Below are positions 18,795 through 27,849 of a DNA stretch of 64,000 bases, piece by piece. Under the pieces are notes generated by a model. The model had not been told where the DNA came from. It ran no database searches and worked only from the letters and a program-made list of their open reading frames with translations. The position numbers and the translations under genes are program-made. Source of the DNA: Deltaproteobacteria bacterium (lineage in GTDB: Bacteria > Myxococcota_A > UBA9160 > UBA4427); the NCBI GenBank assembly GCA_016713665.1, contig JADJOR010000005.1:103333-167332 (forward strand), written 5' to 3'. Numbering within the stretch: the stretch's first letter is position 1; each line of letters opens with the position of its first letter.

Positions 18795-20756
18795 TCAGCG
18801 CCCCGCGGCCGCGGCTGCGCGGCTCTCGAGCTCTTCCCAGCGGGCGGTGAGGCGGGCGACCTGGGACTCGGCGAGCTCGAGCTCGGCGCGGATCCGGGCG
18901 ACCGCGGTCCCATCGCCTTGATAGGTCGCCGGGTCGGCGAGCTGCCCCTGCAGCGCCGCGAGACCCTCTTCGGCGGCGGCGATCGCGTCGAGCATGCCAG
19001 CGAGCTCGCGCTGCTCGGCCTGGCTCAGCTTCTTCGACTGCCCGGGATTCGACTTCGGCGACGAGCTCGGCGCGGATACGGCCGGCGTAGCCGTGCCCGC
19101 CCCCGCCCCGGCCGGGCTCGCCTGCGGCGCCTTCCCGCGTCCACGGGCCCCGCGCTCGCGGACCTCGGCGTAGTCGCTGTAGTTGCCGACGTGGTATTCG
19201 ACGCGGCCGTCGCCCTCGAAGGCGAGGATGCCCGTCGCGACTCGGTCGAGCAGCCAGCGATCGTGGCTGACGACGAGGACGCTGCCCCCGAAGTCGACGA
19301 GCATCGCCTCGAGCGAGGCGAGGGTGTCGACGTCGAGGTCGTTGGTCGGCTCGTCGAGCAGGAGCAGGTTGCACCGCCCCGAGAGCAGCCGCGCGAGGCA
19401 GACCCGCGCCCGCTCGCCGCCCGAGAGCTCGCCGACCCGCAGCCGCTGCTTCGGGCGATCGAAGAGGAAGCGCTCGAGATAGTTGCCGACCGAGATGCGC
19501 TCCTCGCCGAGCACGAGCTCGGTCGCGTCGCCGACGGCGGCCTCCTGGACGGTGTCGCCGTCGGTGAGCCCCGAGCGGGCCTGATCGAGGTAGCCGATGC
19601 GCGTATTCGAGCCGGTCACGATCTCGCCGCGCAGGCACGCGAGCTGGCCCACGAGGGCGAGGAGCAGGCTCGTCTTGCCCGATCCGTTGGGCCCGACGAT
19701 GCCGATCCGATCGCCGGCGCGCAGCGCGAGATCGAGGCCCGCGACGAGCGTCCGGCCGTCGCGCTCGAGCAGCAGCGCCTTCGCCTCGAGGATCGTCTTG
19801 CCCTGGCGCTCGGCGGCGAGCCGCAGATCGGCCTTGCGATCCTCGCGCGGCGCTCGGATGTCGAGGGCCGCCTCGGCGCGCCCGATGCGGGCCTTCTGCT
19901 TCGTGCCGCGAGCCTTCGGCTGACGGCGCAGCCATTCGACCTCGCGGCGCAGGAAGTTCTGGCGATTGCGCTCCGTCCGCTCCGCGAAGGCCTCGCGCTC
20001 GGCCTTCGCCTCGAGGAAGGTCGCATAACCGCCGTCGTAGGCGTCGACGCGGCCGTCGTGGAGCTCGAGGGTCCGCGTCGTGACCGCGTCGAGCACGCGG
20101 CGATCGTGGCTGATCAGGAGGATCGCGCCGGGGAACTGCTCGGCCAGGTAGTCCTCGAGCCACTCGATCGTGTCGATGTCGAGATGGTTCGTCGGCTCGT
20201 CGAGGATCGCGAGATCGGGCTTGCCGACGAGCAGCCGCGCGAGGGCGACGCGGCGCGTCTCTCCGCCGGAGAGGGTGCCGACGCGGCGCTCCGGGTCCGC
20301 GAGGCCGAGATCGCTCACGATCGCGAGGGCTTCATGGTCCCGCTCCCAGCCGCCGAGGCGCTCGATGGCCTCGGCGACCCGCGCCTGCTCGTCGGCGAGG
20401 CGCGCCTGGGCGGCCTCGTCCCCCGCCTGCCCGAGCTGCTCGGAGAGCGCGTCGAAGCGCGCGCGCATCGCGTTCCACTCGGTCAGCCGCTCGAGCACGA
20501 CCTCGCGGATCGTGCGGGCAGGCTCGAAGCGCGGCTCCTGCTCGAGGTAGTCGACGGTCGAGTCGCGGCGGCGGGCGATGCGGCCGCCGTCCGAGGGCTC
20601 GAGGCCCGCGAGCACTCGGCCGAGCGTGCTCTTGCCGGCGCCGTTGCGGCCGACGAGGCCGACCTTCTCGCCCCGACGGATCGTGAGCGTGACGTCGTCG
20701 AAGAGCGTACGGTCGGAGACGACCTTGCGAAGGCCTGCGACGTCGAGAATGGGCAT
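18795..20756 (-). CDS. ABC-F family ATPase (Uup/EttA-type, no transmembrane domain)
   Basis: 653-aa ORF. Two Walker A motifs (GRNGAGKST, GPNGSGKTS), two LSGGE signatures, and a C-terminal coiled-coil tail. Confidence 0.9.
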   Translation of the reverse strand: MPILDVAGLRKVVSDRTLFDDVTLTIRRGEKVGLVGRNGAGKSTLGRVLAGLEPSDGGRIARRRDSTVDYLEQEPRFEPARTIREVVLERLTEWNAMRARFDALSEQLGQAGDEAAQARLADEQARVAEAIERLGGWERDHEALAIVSDLGLADPERRVGTLSGGETRRVALARLLVGKPDLAILDEPTNHLDIDTIEWLEDYLAEQFPGAILLISHDRRVLDAVTTRTLELHDGRVDAYDGGYATFLEAKAEREAFAERTERNRQNFLRREVEWLRRQPKARGTKQKARIGRAEAALDIRAPREDRKADLRLAAERQGKTILEAKALLLERDGRTLVAGLDLALRAGDRIGIVGPNGSGKTSLLLALVGQLACLRGEIVTGSNTRIGYLDQARSGLTDGDTVQEAAVGDATELVLGEERISVGNYLERFLFDRPKQRLRVGELSGGERARVCLARLLSGRCNLLLLDEPTNDLDVDTLASLEAMLVDFGGSVLVVSHDRWLLDRVATGILAFEGDGRVEYHVGNYSDYAEVRERGARGRGKAPQASPAGAGAGTATPAVSAPSSSPKSNPGQSKKLSQAEQRELAGMLDAIAAAEEGLAALQGQLADPATYQGDGTAVARIRAELELAESQVARLTARWEELESRAAAAAGR

Positions 20757-20759
20757 CGT

Positions 20760-21611
20760 TCAGCTCCGGGCGAGGATCTCGCTGCCGAGCTTCTCGAGAC
20801 CGGACTGGACGTCGTCGGGCGCGAAGCCCGGCGGCGGGAAGGTGATCCGGCGAACGCCGAGATCTTCGAGGCGCTTGACCTCGTCGAGCTTCGGCGGGCA
20901 GCCGGTCGTGATTTCGATCTCCGCCGGGTCGCGGCCGATCCGGGCACACTCGGCCGAGAGCTCGGCCATGCACTCGGCGAGGGTATCCGAGCGCGCGGGG
21001 AAGAAGCCGTCGCCGACGCGCGCCGCACGGCGGGCCGCGCTCTTCGTGTGGCCGCCGATCACGATCGGGATGCGCGGCTGGACGGGCTTGGGATTCGAGG
21101 CGACGCTCGGCCAGGCGTAGTGCGCTCCATGGTGCTCGCTCTCGCCGGCGCGCCAGAGCGAGCGGAGCGCCTCGATCGACTCTTCCGTCCGCGCGGCGCG
21201 GGACTCGAAGGGGACACCGATCGCGTCGAACTCCTCCTTCAGCCAGCCGATGCCGACCCCGAGGATCGCCCGCCCGCGCGAGAGCACGTCGAGGGTCGCC
21301 GCCTCCTTCGCGACGTAGAGGGGATGGCGCTGGGGCAGGATGATGATCCCGGTCGCGAGCCGGATCTTCGTCGTGACCGCGGCGGCGTAGGCGAGCCAGA
21401 CGAAGGGATCGGGGATCGGCGCGTTCTCGCCGCCGGGGAGCTTGCCGTCGCGGCTGTACGGATATTTCGACGCATAACCCTTCGGGATGACGACGTGCTC
21501 GACCGTCCAGAGCGACTCGAAGCCGACGGACTCCGCCGTCCGGGCGAGATGCGTGAGGCCGTCGGGCTGACCGAAGGGACCGACGTTCGCGAAGATCAGG
21601 CCGAACTTCAT
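20760..21611 (-). CDS. LLM-class (luciferase-like) flavin/F420-dependent oxidoreductase
   Basis: 283 aa from ATG 21609-21611 (MKFGLIFANVGPF...). The start overlaps the upstream gene stop by ATGA, and the stop lies 3 nt before the ABC-F start. Typical LLM pattern GRAILGVGIGW. Confidence 0.85.
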   Translation of the reverse strand: MKFGLIFANVGPFGQPDGLTHLARTAESVGFESLWTVEHVVIPKGYASKYPYSRDGKLPGGENAPIPDPFVWLAYAAAVTTKIRLATGIIILPQRHPLYVAKEAATLDVLSRGRAILGVGIGWLKEEFDAIGVPFESRAARTEESIEALRSLWRAGESEHHGAHYAWPSVASNPKPVQPRIPIVIGGHTKSAARRAARVGDGFFPARSDTLAECMAELSAECARIGRDPAEIEITTGCPPKLDEVKRLEDLGVRRITFPPPGFAPDDVQSGLEKLGSEILARS

Positions 21612-22207
21612 CGGGGCGCTCCGGGGGCTGCGGGCGCAAGCGCTGCCGCGGCGGCCGCGGGATCCGGCGTCGCCGGCGAAGCCGGCGCCGGCAACGGGAT
21701 CGGCTCCCGCTCGAGGGGGAAGTCCGCCGCGAGTCCGAGCGCGGCACGGATGCGGGCCTCGTGGGCGACCTCGATCTTCTGGCGCTGCTCCGCCGTCACC
21801 CGGCTGCGATCCGGGATCGGATCGCCCGGCGCGAGACCGAGCACGCGTCGCATCTCCGCCTCGCGCGCGGTGCGGATGGTCGCCCGCTGCGCATCGGTCA
21901 GATCGATCGCTGCCGGGATCGGCGCGTCGGGGGCGAGCCCGAGCAGCGTCCGGGCCTCGCTCTCCCGAGCCAGGCGGAGCGTCTCCTGCTGCTGTGGCGT
22001 CAGCTTGAAGCGCGTCGTCCCCGGTGCGGGCGCGGCGCTGGCGGCGCCTGTGGCCAAGGCCGGACCAGCCGGATCGGTCCCTCGGACGGCCGATGCCGCA
22101 GCCGGAACCGAGGGATCGGGCGAGCCTGGCCTCTCGGCGCGAACGCAGACTGGAGCGAGCGCAAAGACGATACCGAGCAAGGCGGCCGGCAGGGTCCCGA
22201 GAGCCAT
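21608..22207 (-). CDS. Hypothetical secreted protein with three tandem ~30-aa repeats
   Basis: Start taken at MALGTLPAALLGIVFALAPVCVRA (signal-like). Repeats: LTPQQQETLRLARESEARTLLGLAPDAPIP, LTDAQRATIRTAREAEMRRVLGLAPGDPIP, VTAEQRQKIEVAHEARIRAALGLAADFP. ATGA overlap with the downstream LLM gene. Confidence 0.5.
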   Translation of the reverse strand: MALGTLPAALLGIVFALAPVCVRAERPGSPDPSVPAAASAVRGTDPAGPALATGAASAAPAPGTTRFKLTPQQQETLRLARESEARTLLGLAPDAPIPAAIDLTDAQRATIRTAREAEMRRVLGLAPGDPIPDRSRVTAEQRQKIEVAHEARIRAALGLAADFPLEREPIPLPAPASPATPDPAAAAAALAPAAPGAPR

Positions 22208-22507
22208 CGCGAAGACCCGCCGAGGCGAGGCTTGCCGCCCCGGACCTCTCGAGGTCCCCTCCTCCGAACAGACCGATCGCGCCATCGAAGCCCCTCCGCC
22301 GCTCTTCGTCCATCGCCTCGAACGAGCGTCTTTATACCACGTCTCCTGCCCGAGGGTCCGAGCGTGCGGGGATCCCCGGGCCTCGCCTTGCTAGTCCAGG
22401 GCGCGCCCGTTCTCCCATCCCCCGAGCCCGCCACCGCGGGACGACCCGCATCCCCTCCGGCTATAGTCCGCCTCCCCACGGACCCGAGTCCCCGAGGAGC
22501 CCCGAAG

Positions 22508-23995
22508 ATGTCCCAGGCGTCTGCCCCGAGCTTCCTGCCTTCCCGACCGCGCCGCGCCGCGGCCATTTCGACGTGGAGCGACACGTTCGACGTGATCGTC
22601 GTCGGATTCGGGGTCGCCGGCGGCGCCGCCGCGATCGAAGCCGCGCGCGCCGGGGCCAGGACGTTGATCCTCGAGCGCCAGACCCGCGGCGGCGGGGCGA
22701 CCGCCCTCTCCGAGGGGACGATCTACTTCGGCGGCGGGACGCGCGCCCAGAAGGCATCCGGCTTCGACGACAGCTTCGAGAACATGCTCGCCCACGTCCG
22801 CGCCGCGGCGGGGCCGACGGCGGATCCGGAGAAGGTGCGCCTGTACTGCGAGAACAGCCTCGATCATTTCGCGTTCTTCGAGAGCATCGGTGTCGAGTTC
22901 AAGGACACCTTCTTCGCCGAGAAGGTGATCTTCCCGCCGACCGACGACTGCCTGATCTTCTCGGGCAACGAAGAGGCCTGGCCCTTCTCCGCGGAGGCAA
23001 AGCCCATGCCGCGGGGCCACAAGCCGAAGAAGACCGGCAGCGCCGGCGCCTACATCATCGAGCAGATGATCGACGCCGCGACGAAGCTCGGGGTCGAGAT
23101 CCAGAACGAGGTGCGGGTCGAGACGCTGATCCGCGACGACGAGGGCCGCGTCGTCGGCGTCGTCGCGAAGATCGAGGGCCAGGAGGTCGCGATCCGCGCG
23201 AACCGGGGCGTCATCCTGACGACCGGCGGCTTCATCATGAACCGCGCGATGGTCGAGCACTACGCGCCGGATCTCGCGAAGTGTCGCTATCCGATCGGGA
23301 GCGAGGGCTGCGACGGCTCTGGGATCCGCATGGGAATGGGCGTCGGCGGCGCCGCCGTCAACATGCACGAAGGCCTGATGACGACGGCCTTCTTTCCACC
23401 CACGTCGCATATCAAAGGCGTGCTCGTGAGCGCCCAGGGCCAGCGCTTCATCAACGAGGACTGCTACCACGGCCGCGTGACCGACGCGATCATGCAGAAG
23501 GCCGATGGCCGCGCCTATCTGATCGTCGACGACACGCTCTACGGCCAGGCCATCGTCCGCTACGAGCTCGCCGGCGTCGAGGAGACGATCGAAGAGCTCG
23601 AGAAGACCGTCGGCCTGCCCGAGGGACAGCTCGTCCATACGATCGCGTCCTACAACAAGTACGCCGAGCAGGGCGAGGACCCGGTCTTCCACAAGGCGAA
23701 GAAGTACCTGACGCCGCTGGTCCATCCGCCCTTTGCCGCCCTCGACCTCTCCGTCGACAAGAGCATCTGGGCCACCTTCACCCTCGGCGGGCTCGACACG
23801 AAGGCGACCGGCGAAGTCCTCACGGTCGATGGGCAGGTCGTACCGGGGCTCTATGCGGCGGGGCGCGCATCGGCAGGGCTCACGCGCTCGGGGCGATATT
23901 ATGCGAGCGGCATGTCGATCGGCGGCGGGAGCTACTTCGGGCGGCTCGCGGGGAAGACGGCGGCGAAGGCGGAACCGGCGGTCGAGGCGGCGTAA
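22508..23995 (+). CDS. FAD-binding oxidoreductase, 3-ketosteroid dehydrogenase (KstD)/fumarate reductase flavoprotein-like
   Basis: 495 aa from ATG 22508. FAD motif FDVIVVGFGVAGGAAAIEAARAG, and C-terminal GLYAAGR typical of this flavoprotein family. Confidence 0.8.
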   Translation: MSQASAPSFLPSRPRRAAAISTWSDTFDVIVVGFGVAGGAAAIEAARAGARTLILERQTRGGGATALSEGTIYFGGGTRAQKASGFDDSFENMLAHVRAAAGPTADPEKVRLYCENSLDHFAFFESIGVEFKDTFFAEKVIFPPTDDCLIFSGNEEAWPFSAEAKPMPRGHKPKKTGSAGAYIIEQMIDAATKLGVEIQNEVRVETLIRDDEGRVVGVVAKIEGQEVAIRANRGVILTTGGFIMNRAMVEHYAPDLAKCRYPIGSEGCDGSGIRMGMGVGGAAVNMHEGLMTTAFFPPTSHIKGVLVSAQGQRFINEDCYHGRVTDAIMQKADGRAYLIVDDTLYGQAIVRYELAGVEETIEELEKTVGLPEGQLVHTIASYNKYAEQGEDPVFHKAKKYLTPLVHPPFAALDLSVDKSIWATFTLGGLDTKATGEVLTVDGQVVPGLYAAGRASAGLTRSGRYYASGMSIGGGSYFGRLAGKTAAKAEPAVEAA

Positions 23996-24090
23996 GCCGT
24001 TTCGATCGGCCTCGTCGGCCTGGTCGGTCCCGTCGAAGCAGTCGGCCCGGCCGACCCGGTCGACCGGACATGCGCCCGGCGCCCGGTGCC

Positions 24091-25374
24091 TCAGCGTCCG
24101 AGCTTCCTTCCCGGCGTCCACGCGCACGGCATGCGCTTGATCCCGTGGATGAAGTTCGATTCGAGCCGCGCCGGCGGGCCGGTGATCTCGAGGTCCGGGA
24201 GACGGGCGAAGATCCGTTCGAAGACGATCCGGATCTCGCGCCGCGCGAGATTCGCGCCGAGGCAGAAATGCGGGCCGGGGCCGCCGAAGCCGACGTGGGG
24301 ATTCGGCGAGCGGCCGACGTCGAAGCGATGCGGCTCGCGGAAGACCTGCTCGTCCCGATTCCCCGACGCATACCAGAGCACGACCTTGTCCCCCGCCTTC
24401 ATCGCGGGCCCGAACATCGACGTATCGCGCCGCAGATTTCGGCGCATGAAGATCACCGGCGACGCCCAGCGCACGATCTCCTCGACCGCCGTCGCGGCGA
24501 GGCCTTCGAAGTCGGCCGCCCAGCGCCGCCGCTCGTCCGGATGGTCGCAGAGGGCCTTCATGCCGTGGCTGATCGCGTTGCGCGTCGTCTCGTTGCCGGC
24601 GACGACGAGCAGGATGAAGAAGGAGGTCAGGTCCTCGCTCGCGAGCGCGCCGCCCTCGAGCCCGGCATCGAGCAGGACGGAGGTCAGGTCCTCGCGCGGC
24701 CGCTCGCGGCGATCCTCGGCCATCTCCTTCATCAGGGCCGCGAGCTCGGCCCCGGCCCGCATCGCCGCCGCGATCAGATCCTGATCCTCCGCGACGAGAT
24801 CGGGGTCGCCGAGCCCGAGGATCCGATTCGTGTTCCGGAAGACCATCTCGGTCTGGCTCTCCGGGATCCCCATCAGATCACAGATGATCTCGAGCGGGAG
24901 CGGCGCCGCGAGCTCCGCCACGAAATCGCATTCGCCCTTCTCGATCACGCGGTCGATCATGGCGTCGGCGCGACTCCGCACGCCGGCCTCGAGGCGCGAG
25001 AGCGCTCGGGGCGTGAAGCCGCGGGAGACGATCCGGCGCTGGGCGCCATGGCGCGGATCGTCCATGTTGATCATGCCGCCGAAGAACTCGTTGAACTGCG
25101 CCGGCAGCGTCTGGATCGACGTCGCACCGCCCGCGGAGCTGAAGAGCTCGGGATTGCGGCTCGCCTCGAGGATGTCGGCGTGGCGCGTGAGCGACCAGTA
25201 GCCGGGGCCGACCGGGAGGTTCAGGCCGGGCGTCGGCCGCTCGGCGGTGAACGGGACCGGGCGCTCGGCGCGCAGGGTCGCGAAGGCGCCCTCACGCTCC
25301 TCGAGCGGCCGCAGCCAGAAGGACGAATGGGACAGATCGATCTCGTCGACGGCGAGGACCCGGGCGATCTCCAT
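24091..25374 (-). CDS. Cytochrome P450
   Basis: 427-aa ORF. I-helix AGNETT, ExxR (EEIVRW), and heme-thiolate loop FGGPGPHFCLGANLAR. No signal peptide. Confidence 0.92.
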   Translation of the reverse strand: MEIARVLAVDEIDLSHSSFWLRPLEEREGAFATLRAERPVPFTAERPTPGLNLPVGPGYWSLTRHADILEASRNPELFSSAGGATSIQTLPAQFNEFFGGMINMDDPRHGAQRRIVSRGFTPRALSRLEAGVRSRADAMIDRVIEKGECDFVAELAAPLPLEIICDLMGIPESQTEMVFRNTNRILGLGDPDLVAEDQDLIAAAMRAGAELAALMKEMAEDRRERPREDLTSVLLDAGLEGGALASEDLTSFFILLVVAGNETTRNAISHGMKALCDHPDERRRWAADFEGLAATAVEEIVRWASPVIFMRRNLRRDTSMFGPAMKAGDKVVLWYASGNRDEQVFREPHRFDVGRSPNPHVGFGGPGPHFCLGANLARREIRIVFERIFARLPDLEITGPPARLESNFIHGIKRMPCAWTPGRKLGR

Positions 25375-25467
25375 CGGCAGCCTCCCTCCCGATCGGCGGT
25401 CCCGGATCGACTCTCCGTTCCCGCGCGCTCGGGCGGAACCGAGAGTAGTCGATCGACGCGCGGGAGA

Positions 25468-25971
25468 TCAGGAAGTCGACCGCGAGTCCGAATGACCGAC
25501 GTGGCGGTGGCAATCGAGGCAGCGGCGAGCCTCGCGCTCGACGCCGCCGTGATGCGCGGATTCGGATTTTTCGACGTGACATCTCCGACAGGCGTCCTGG
25601 ACGATCCGGCCTGAGTCCGGCCTGATCCGGATCTCCTGCGGATATCGACCGGTCGAGTAGGCCCAGGCATGAGACGATCCCGACCGGACCTTCGTCATGG
25701 CCCTGCCGAAGGGATCCGCTGGCGTATGGCAGTCGTTGCAGACGACGAAGCGGTGGCGGCTCGCCTGCCAGCTCGCATACTGCGGCTGCATGACGTGGCA
25801 GCCAGTGCAGGCTTCGGGCTCGTCCATCAGATAGGACGTGCCGTCGGCCGCGAGAAATGCGAGCAGCGCGAGGGCGCCGACGAGGACCACGGAGAGGACG
25901 ATGCGGCGCCCGATTCTACGCGGGTCGCTCGGGCGATCGGTGAACATCTCGGCTTGCCCTCTGCGTCGCAC
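25468..25971 (-). CDS. NapC/NirT/NrfH-family membrane-anchored tetraheme cytochrome c
   Basis: 167-aa ORF. N-terminal TM helix (IVLSVVLVGALALLAFLAA) followed by four CxxCH motifs (CTGCH, CNDCH, CRRCH, CLDCH). Confidence 0.8.
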   Translation of the reverse strand: MRRRGQAEMFTDRPSDPRRIGRRIVLSVVLVGALALLAFLAADGTSYLMDEPEACTGCHVMQPQYASWQASRHRFVVCNDCHTPADPFGRAMTKVRSGSSHAWAYSTGRYPQEIRIRPDSGRIVQDACRRCHVEKSESAHHGGVEREARRCLDCHRHVGHSDSRSTS

Positions 25972-26106
25972 GGGATCGGAAGACCCGACCGTTCGGAAAG
26001 GCGTACTCCGTCCGATCCCGGCATTCGACGTCGGCGACCGGCAGTACCACCTCCCCCGAGCCCAGTCTGGCTAGACTCGGCCGCGAAATCCAGGAGGGAA
26101 AGCCGA

Positions 26107-27357
26107 ATGTTCGAGTGGAGCGAGTCGCAGCAGACGATCCGGGAGATGGTACGCCGATTCGTCGAGCAGGAGGTCGTCCCGAACGTCGAAGCGCTCGAGC
26201 ACGGGGACCTGCCGCCCTACGGGATCCTGCGCAAGCTGTACGCGACCTTCGGCATGAGCGAGATGGCCCGCGCGCGCTTCCGCAAGCAGATCGAGGCGGA
26301 GAAGAAGGGCCTGCCGCGCGAGAAGAAGGGCGGTGGCTCGGCGGATCCCGCGGCCCGCGCCGATCAGGCGGCGGCGACCTTGATCCCGATCATCGAGCTG
26401 TGTCGGCATTGTCCCGGGATGGTGACGGCGCTCGGTGTCAGCGTGGGTCTCACCAGCGCGGCGATCCTCTCGAAGGGCACGATCGAGCAGAAGGAGCGCT
26501 TCGCGCTCGATCTGCTGACCCTCGACAAGATCGGTGCCTGGGCGATCACCGAGCCCGGCTCCGGCTCCGACGCCTTCGGCGGCATGCGCGCCTCCGCGCG
26601 CCGCGAAGGCGACGCGTTCGTCCTGAACGGCTCGAAGACCTTCATCACGAACGGCCCCCACGCCGACACGACCGTCTTCATCTGCAAGCTCGAGGAGGAC
26701 GGCGTCGACCTGCGCGATCGCAAGATCGTAAGCTTCGTCCTCGACCGCGGCCTGCCCGGCTTCACCCAGTCGGGGCCGCTCAAGAAGATGGGCCTCCACT
26801 CTTCACCGACCGGCGAGCTCTTCCTCTCCGACGTGCGCGTCGGGATGGACCGCCTGCTCGGCGGCGAGGCGGCCCTCGCGGCGCGCAGCGGCGGTCGCGA
26901 AGGCGCCAAGGACACCTTCCAGACCGAGCGCTCGGGCGTCGCCGCGATGGCGCTCGGGATCGTCGAGCGCTGCCTCGAGCTGTCGGTGAAGTATGCGCGC
27001 GAGCGGGTCCAGTTCGAGCGGCCGATCGGCGACTACCAGCTGATCCAGGACAAGCTCGCGCGGATGGAGGTGGCGCGCATGAACCTCCAGAACCTCGTCT
27101 TCCGGACGATCGAGCTGTCGGCGAACGGCCGCTCGATGAGCTTCGCCGAGGCCTCGGCCGCCAAGCTCTACGCCGCGCAGGCCGCCGTCGAGGTCGCGAT
27201 GGAGGCCGTGCAGGTCTACGGCGGCAACGGCTACATGGCCGAGTACGTCGTCGAGCAGCTCGCCCGGGACGCGAAGGTCCTCCAGATCTACGCCGGCACC
27301 GACGAGATCCAGATCCGCGCCATCGCCCGGGAGCTGCTCAAGGGCTCGGCGGCATGA
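26107..27357 (+). CDS. Acyl-CoA dehydrogenase family protein
   Basis: 416 aa from ATG 26107 (MFEWSESQQTIREMV). ACAD pattern GAWAITEPGSGSDA ... VQVYGGNGYMAEY ... DAKVLQIYAGTDEIQ. Confidence 0.9.
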   Translation: MFEWSESQQTIREMVRRFVEQEVVPNVEALEHGDLPPYGILRKLYATFGMSEMARARFRKQIEAEKKGLPREKKGGGSADPAARADQAAATLIPIIELCRHCPGMVTALGVSVGLTSAAILSKGTIEQKERFALDLLTLDKIGAWAITEPGSGSDAFGGMRASARREGDAFVLNGSKTFITNGPHADTTVFICKLEEDGVDLRDRKIVSFVLDRGLPGFTQSGPLKKMGLHSSPTGELFLSDVRVGMDRLLGGEAALAARSGGREGAKDTFQTERSGVAAMALGIVERCLELSVKYARERVQFERPIGDYQLIQDKLARMEVARMNLQNLVFRTIELSANGRSMSFAEASAAKLYAAQAAVEVAMEAVQVYGGNGYMAEYVVEQLARDAKVLQIYAGTDEIQIRAIARELLKGSAA

Positions 27358-27414
27358 CCCGGCCGGCGGCGACCTCCGACCCGCTTCGGCGGTCGCAGCG
27401 CCGGAGGGTCTCGC

Positions 27415-27576
27415 CTAGCTCGGCTCGCCGCCGCGATCCGCCGGACGCAGCCCGTTGGTCGAGAGCGCCGTCCGGAGATCTTCGAGACATCCCTGACACA
27501 ACGCATGGGACGTCGGCACCGAGGTTCCGACGAGAACGCGCAGGATCGCACCGCACCACGCACACGCCTTGCCCAT
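27415..27576 (-). CDS. Small hypothetical CxxC...CxxC (zinc-ribbon-like) protein
   Basis: 53 aa from ATG 27574-27576 (MGKACAWCGAILRVLVGTSVPTSHALCQGCLEDL...). No family recognised; may not be expressed. Confidence 0.3.
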   Translation of the reverse strand: MGKACAWCGAILRVLVGTSVPTSHALCQGCLEDLRTALSTNGLRPADRGGEPS

Positions 27577-27849
27577 GAGCCCTCTCCTCCGTACCGGATC
27601 GCCCGGTCGAAAACCGTCATTGCATCGCGCATGCCGGAGTCGGACTGGCTCGGAGCCTGCCCATTCGGGTTCGCCCCGCGACGCCCTCGCCCATCCGGCG
27701 TGCACGGCTGGCGATTCTTCCAGCAGCGTGAAGGCCGGTCGATCCGGTCAATCGAGGAATCGCGGGGGAGAAAACCGTGGACCGGGCCGATTGAAGCACG
27801 CCGTCGAAAGGGCGAGACTCCGCCGGTCACCCGCTGGAGATCCGCCCCC

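Noticed and set aside
18918-25614. Long + strand ORFs 18918..22394 (1158 aa) and 22024..25614 (1196 aa)
   Set aside because: They are antisense or out of frame relative to well-supported genes (ABC-F, LLM, KstD-like, P450). Their translations are low-complexity and Arg-rich. Only the in-frame part at 22508-23995 of ORF 21761..23995 is real.
25468-25971. Calling a nitrite-ammonification nrfHA operon
   Set aside because: No pentaheme NrfA or any other periplasmic reductase gene is adjacent. Only the NrfH-like subunit is present, so no nrf operon is claimed.
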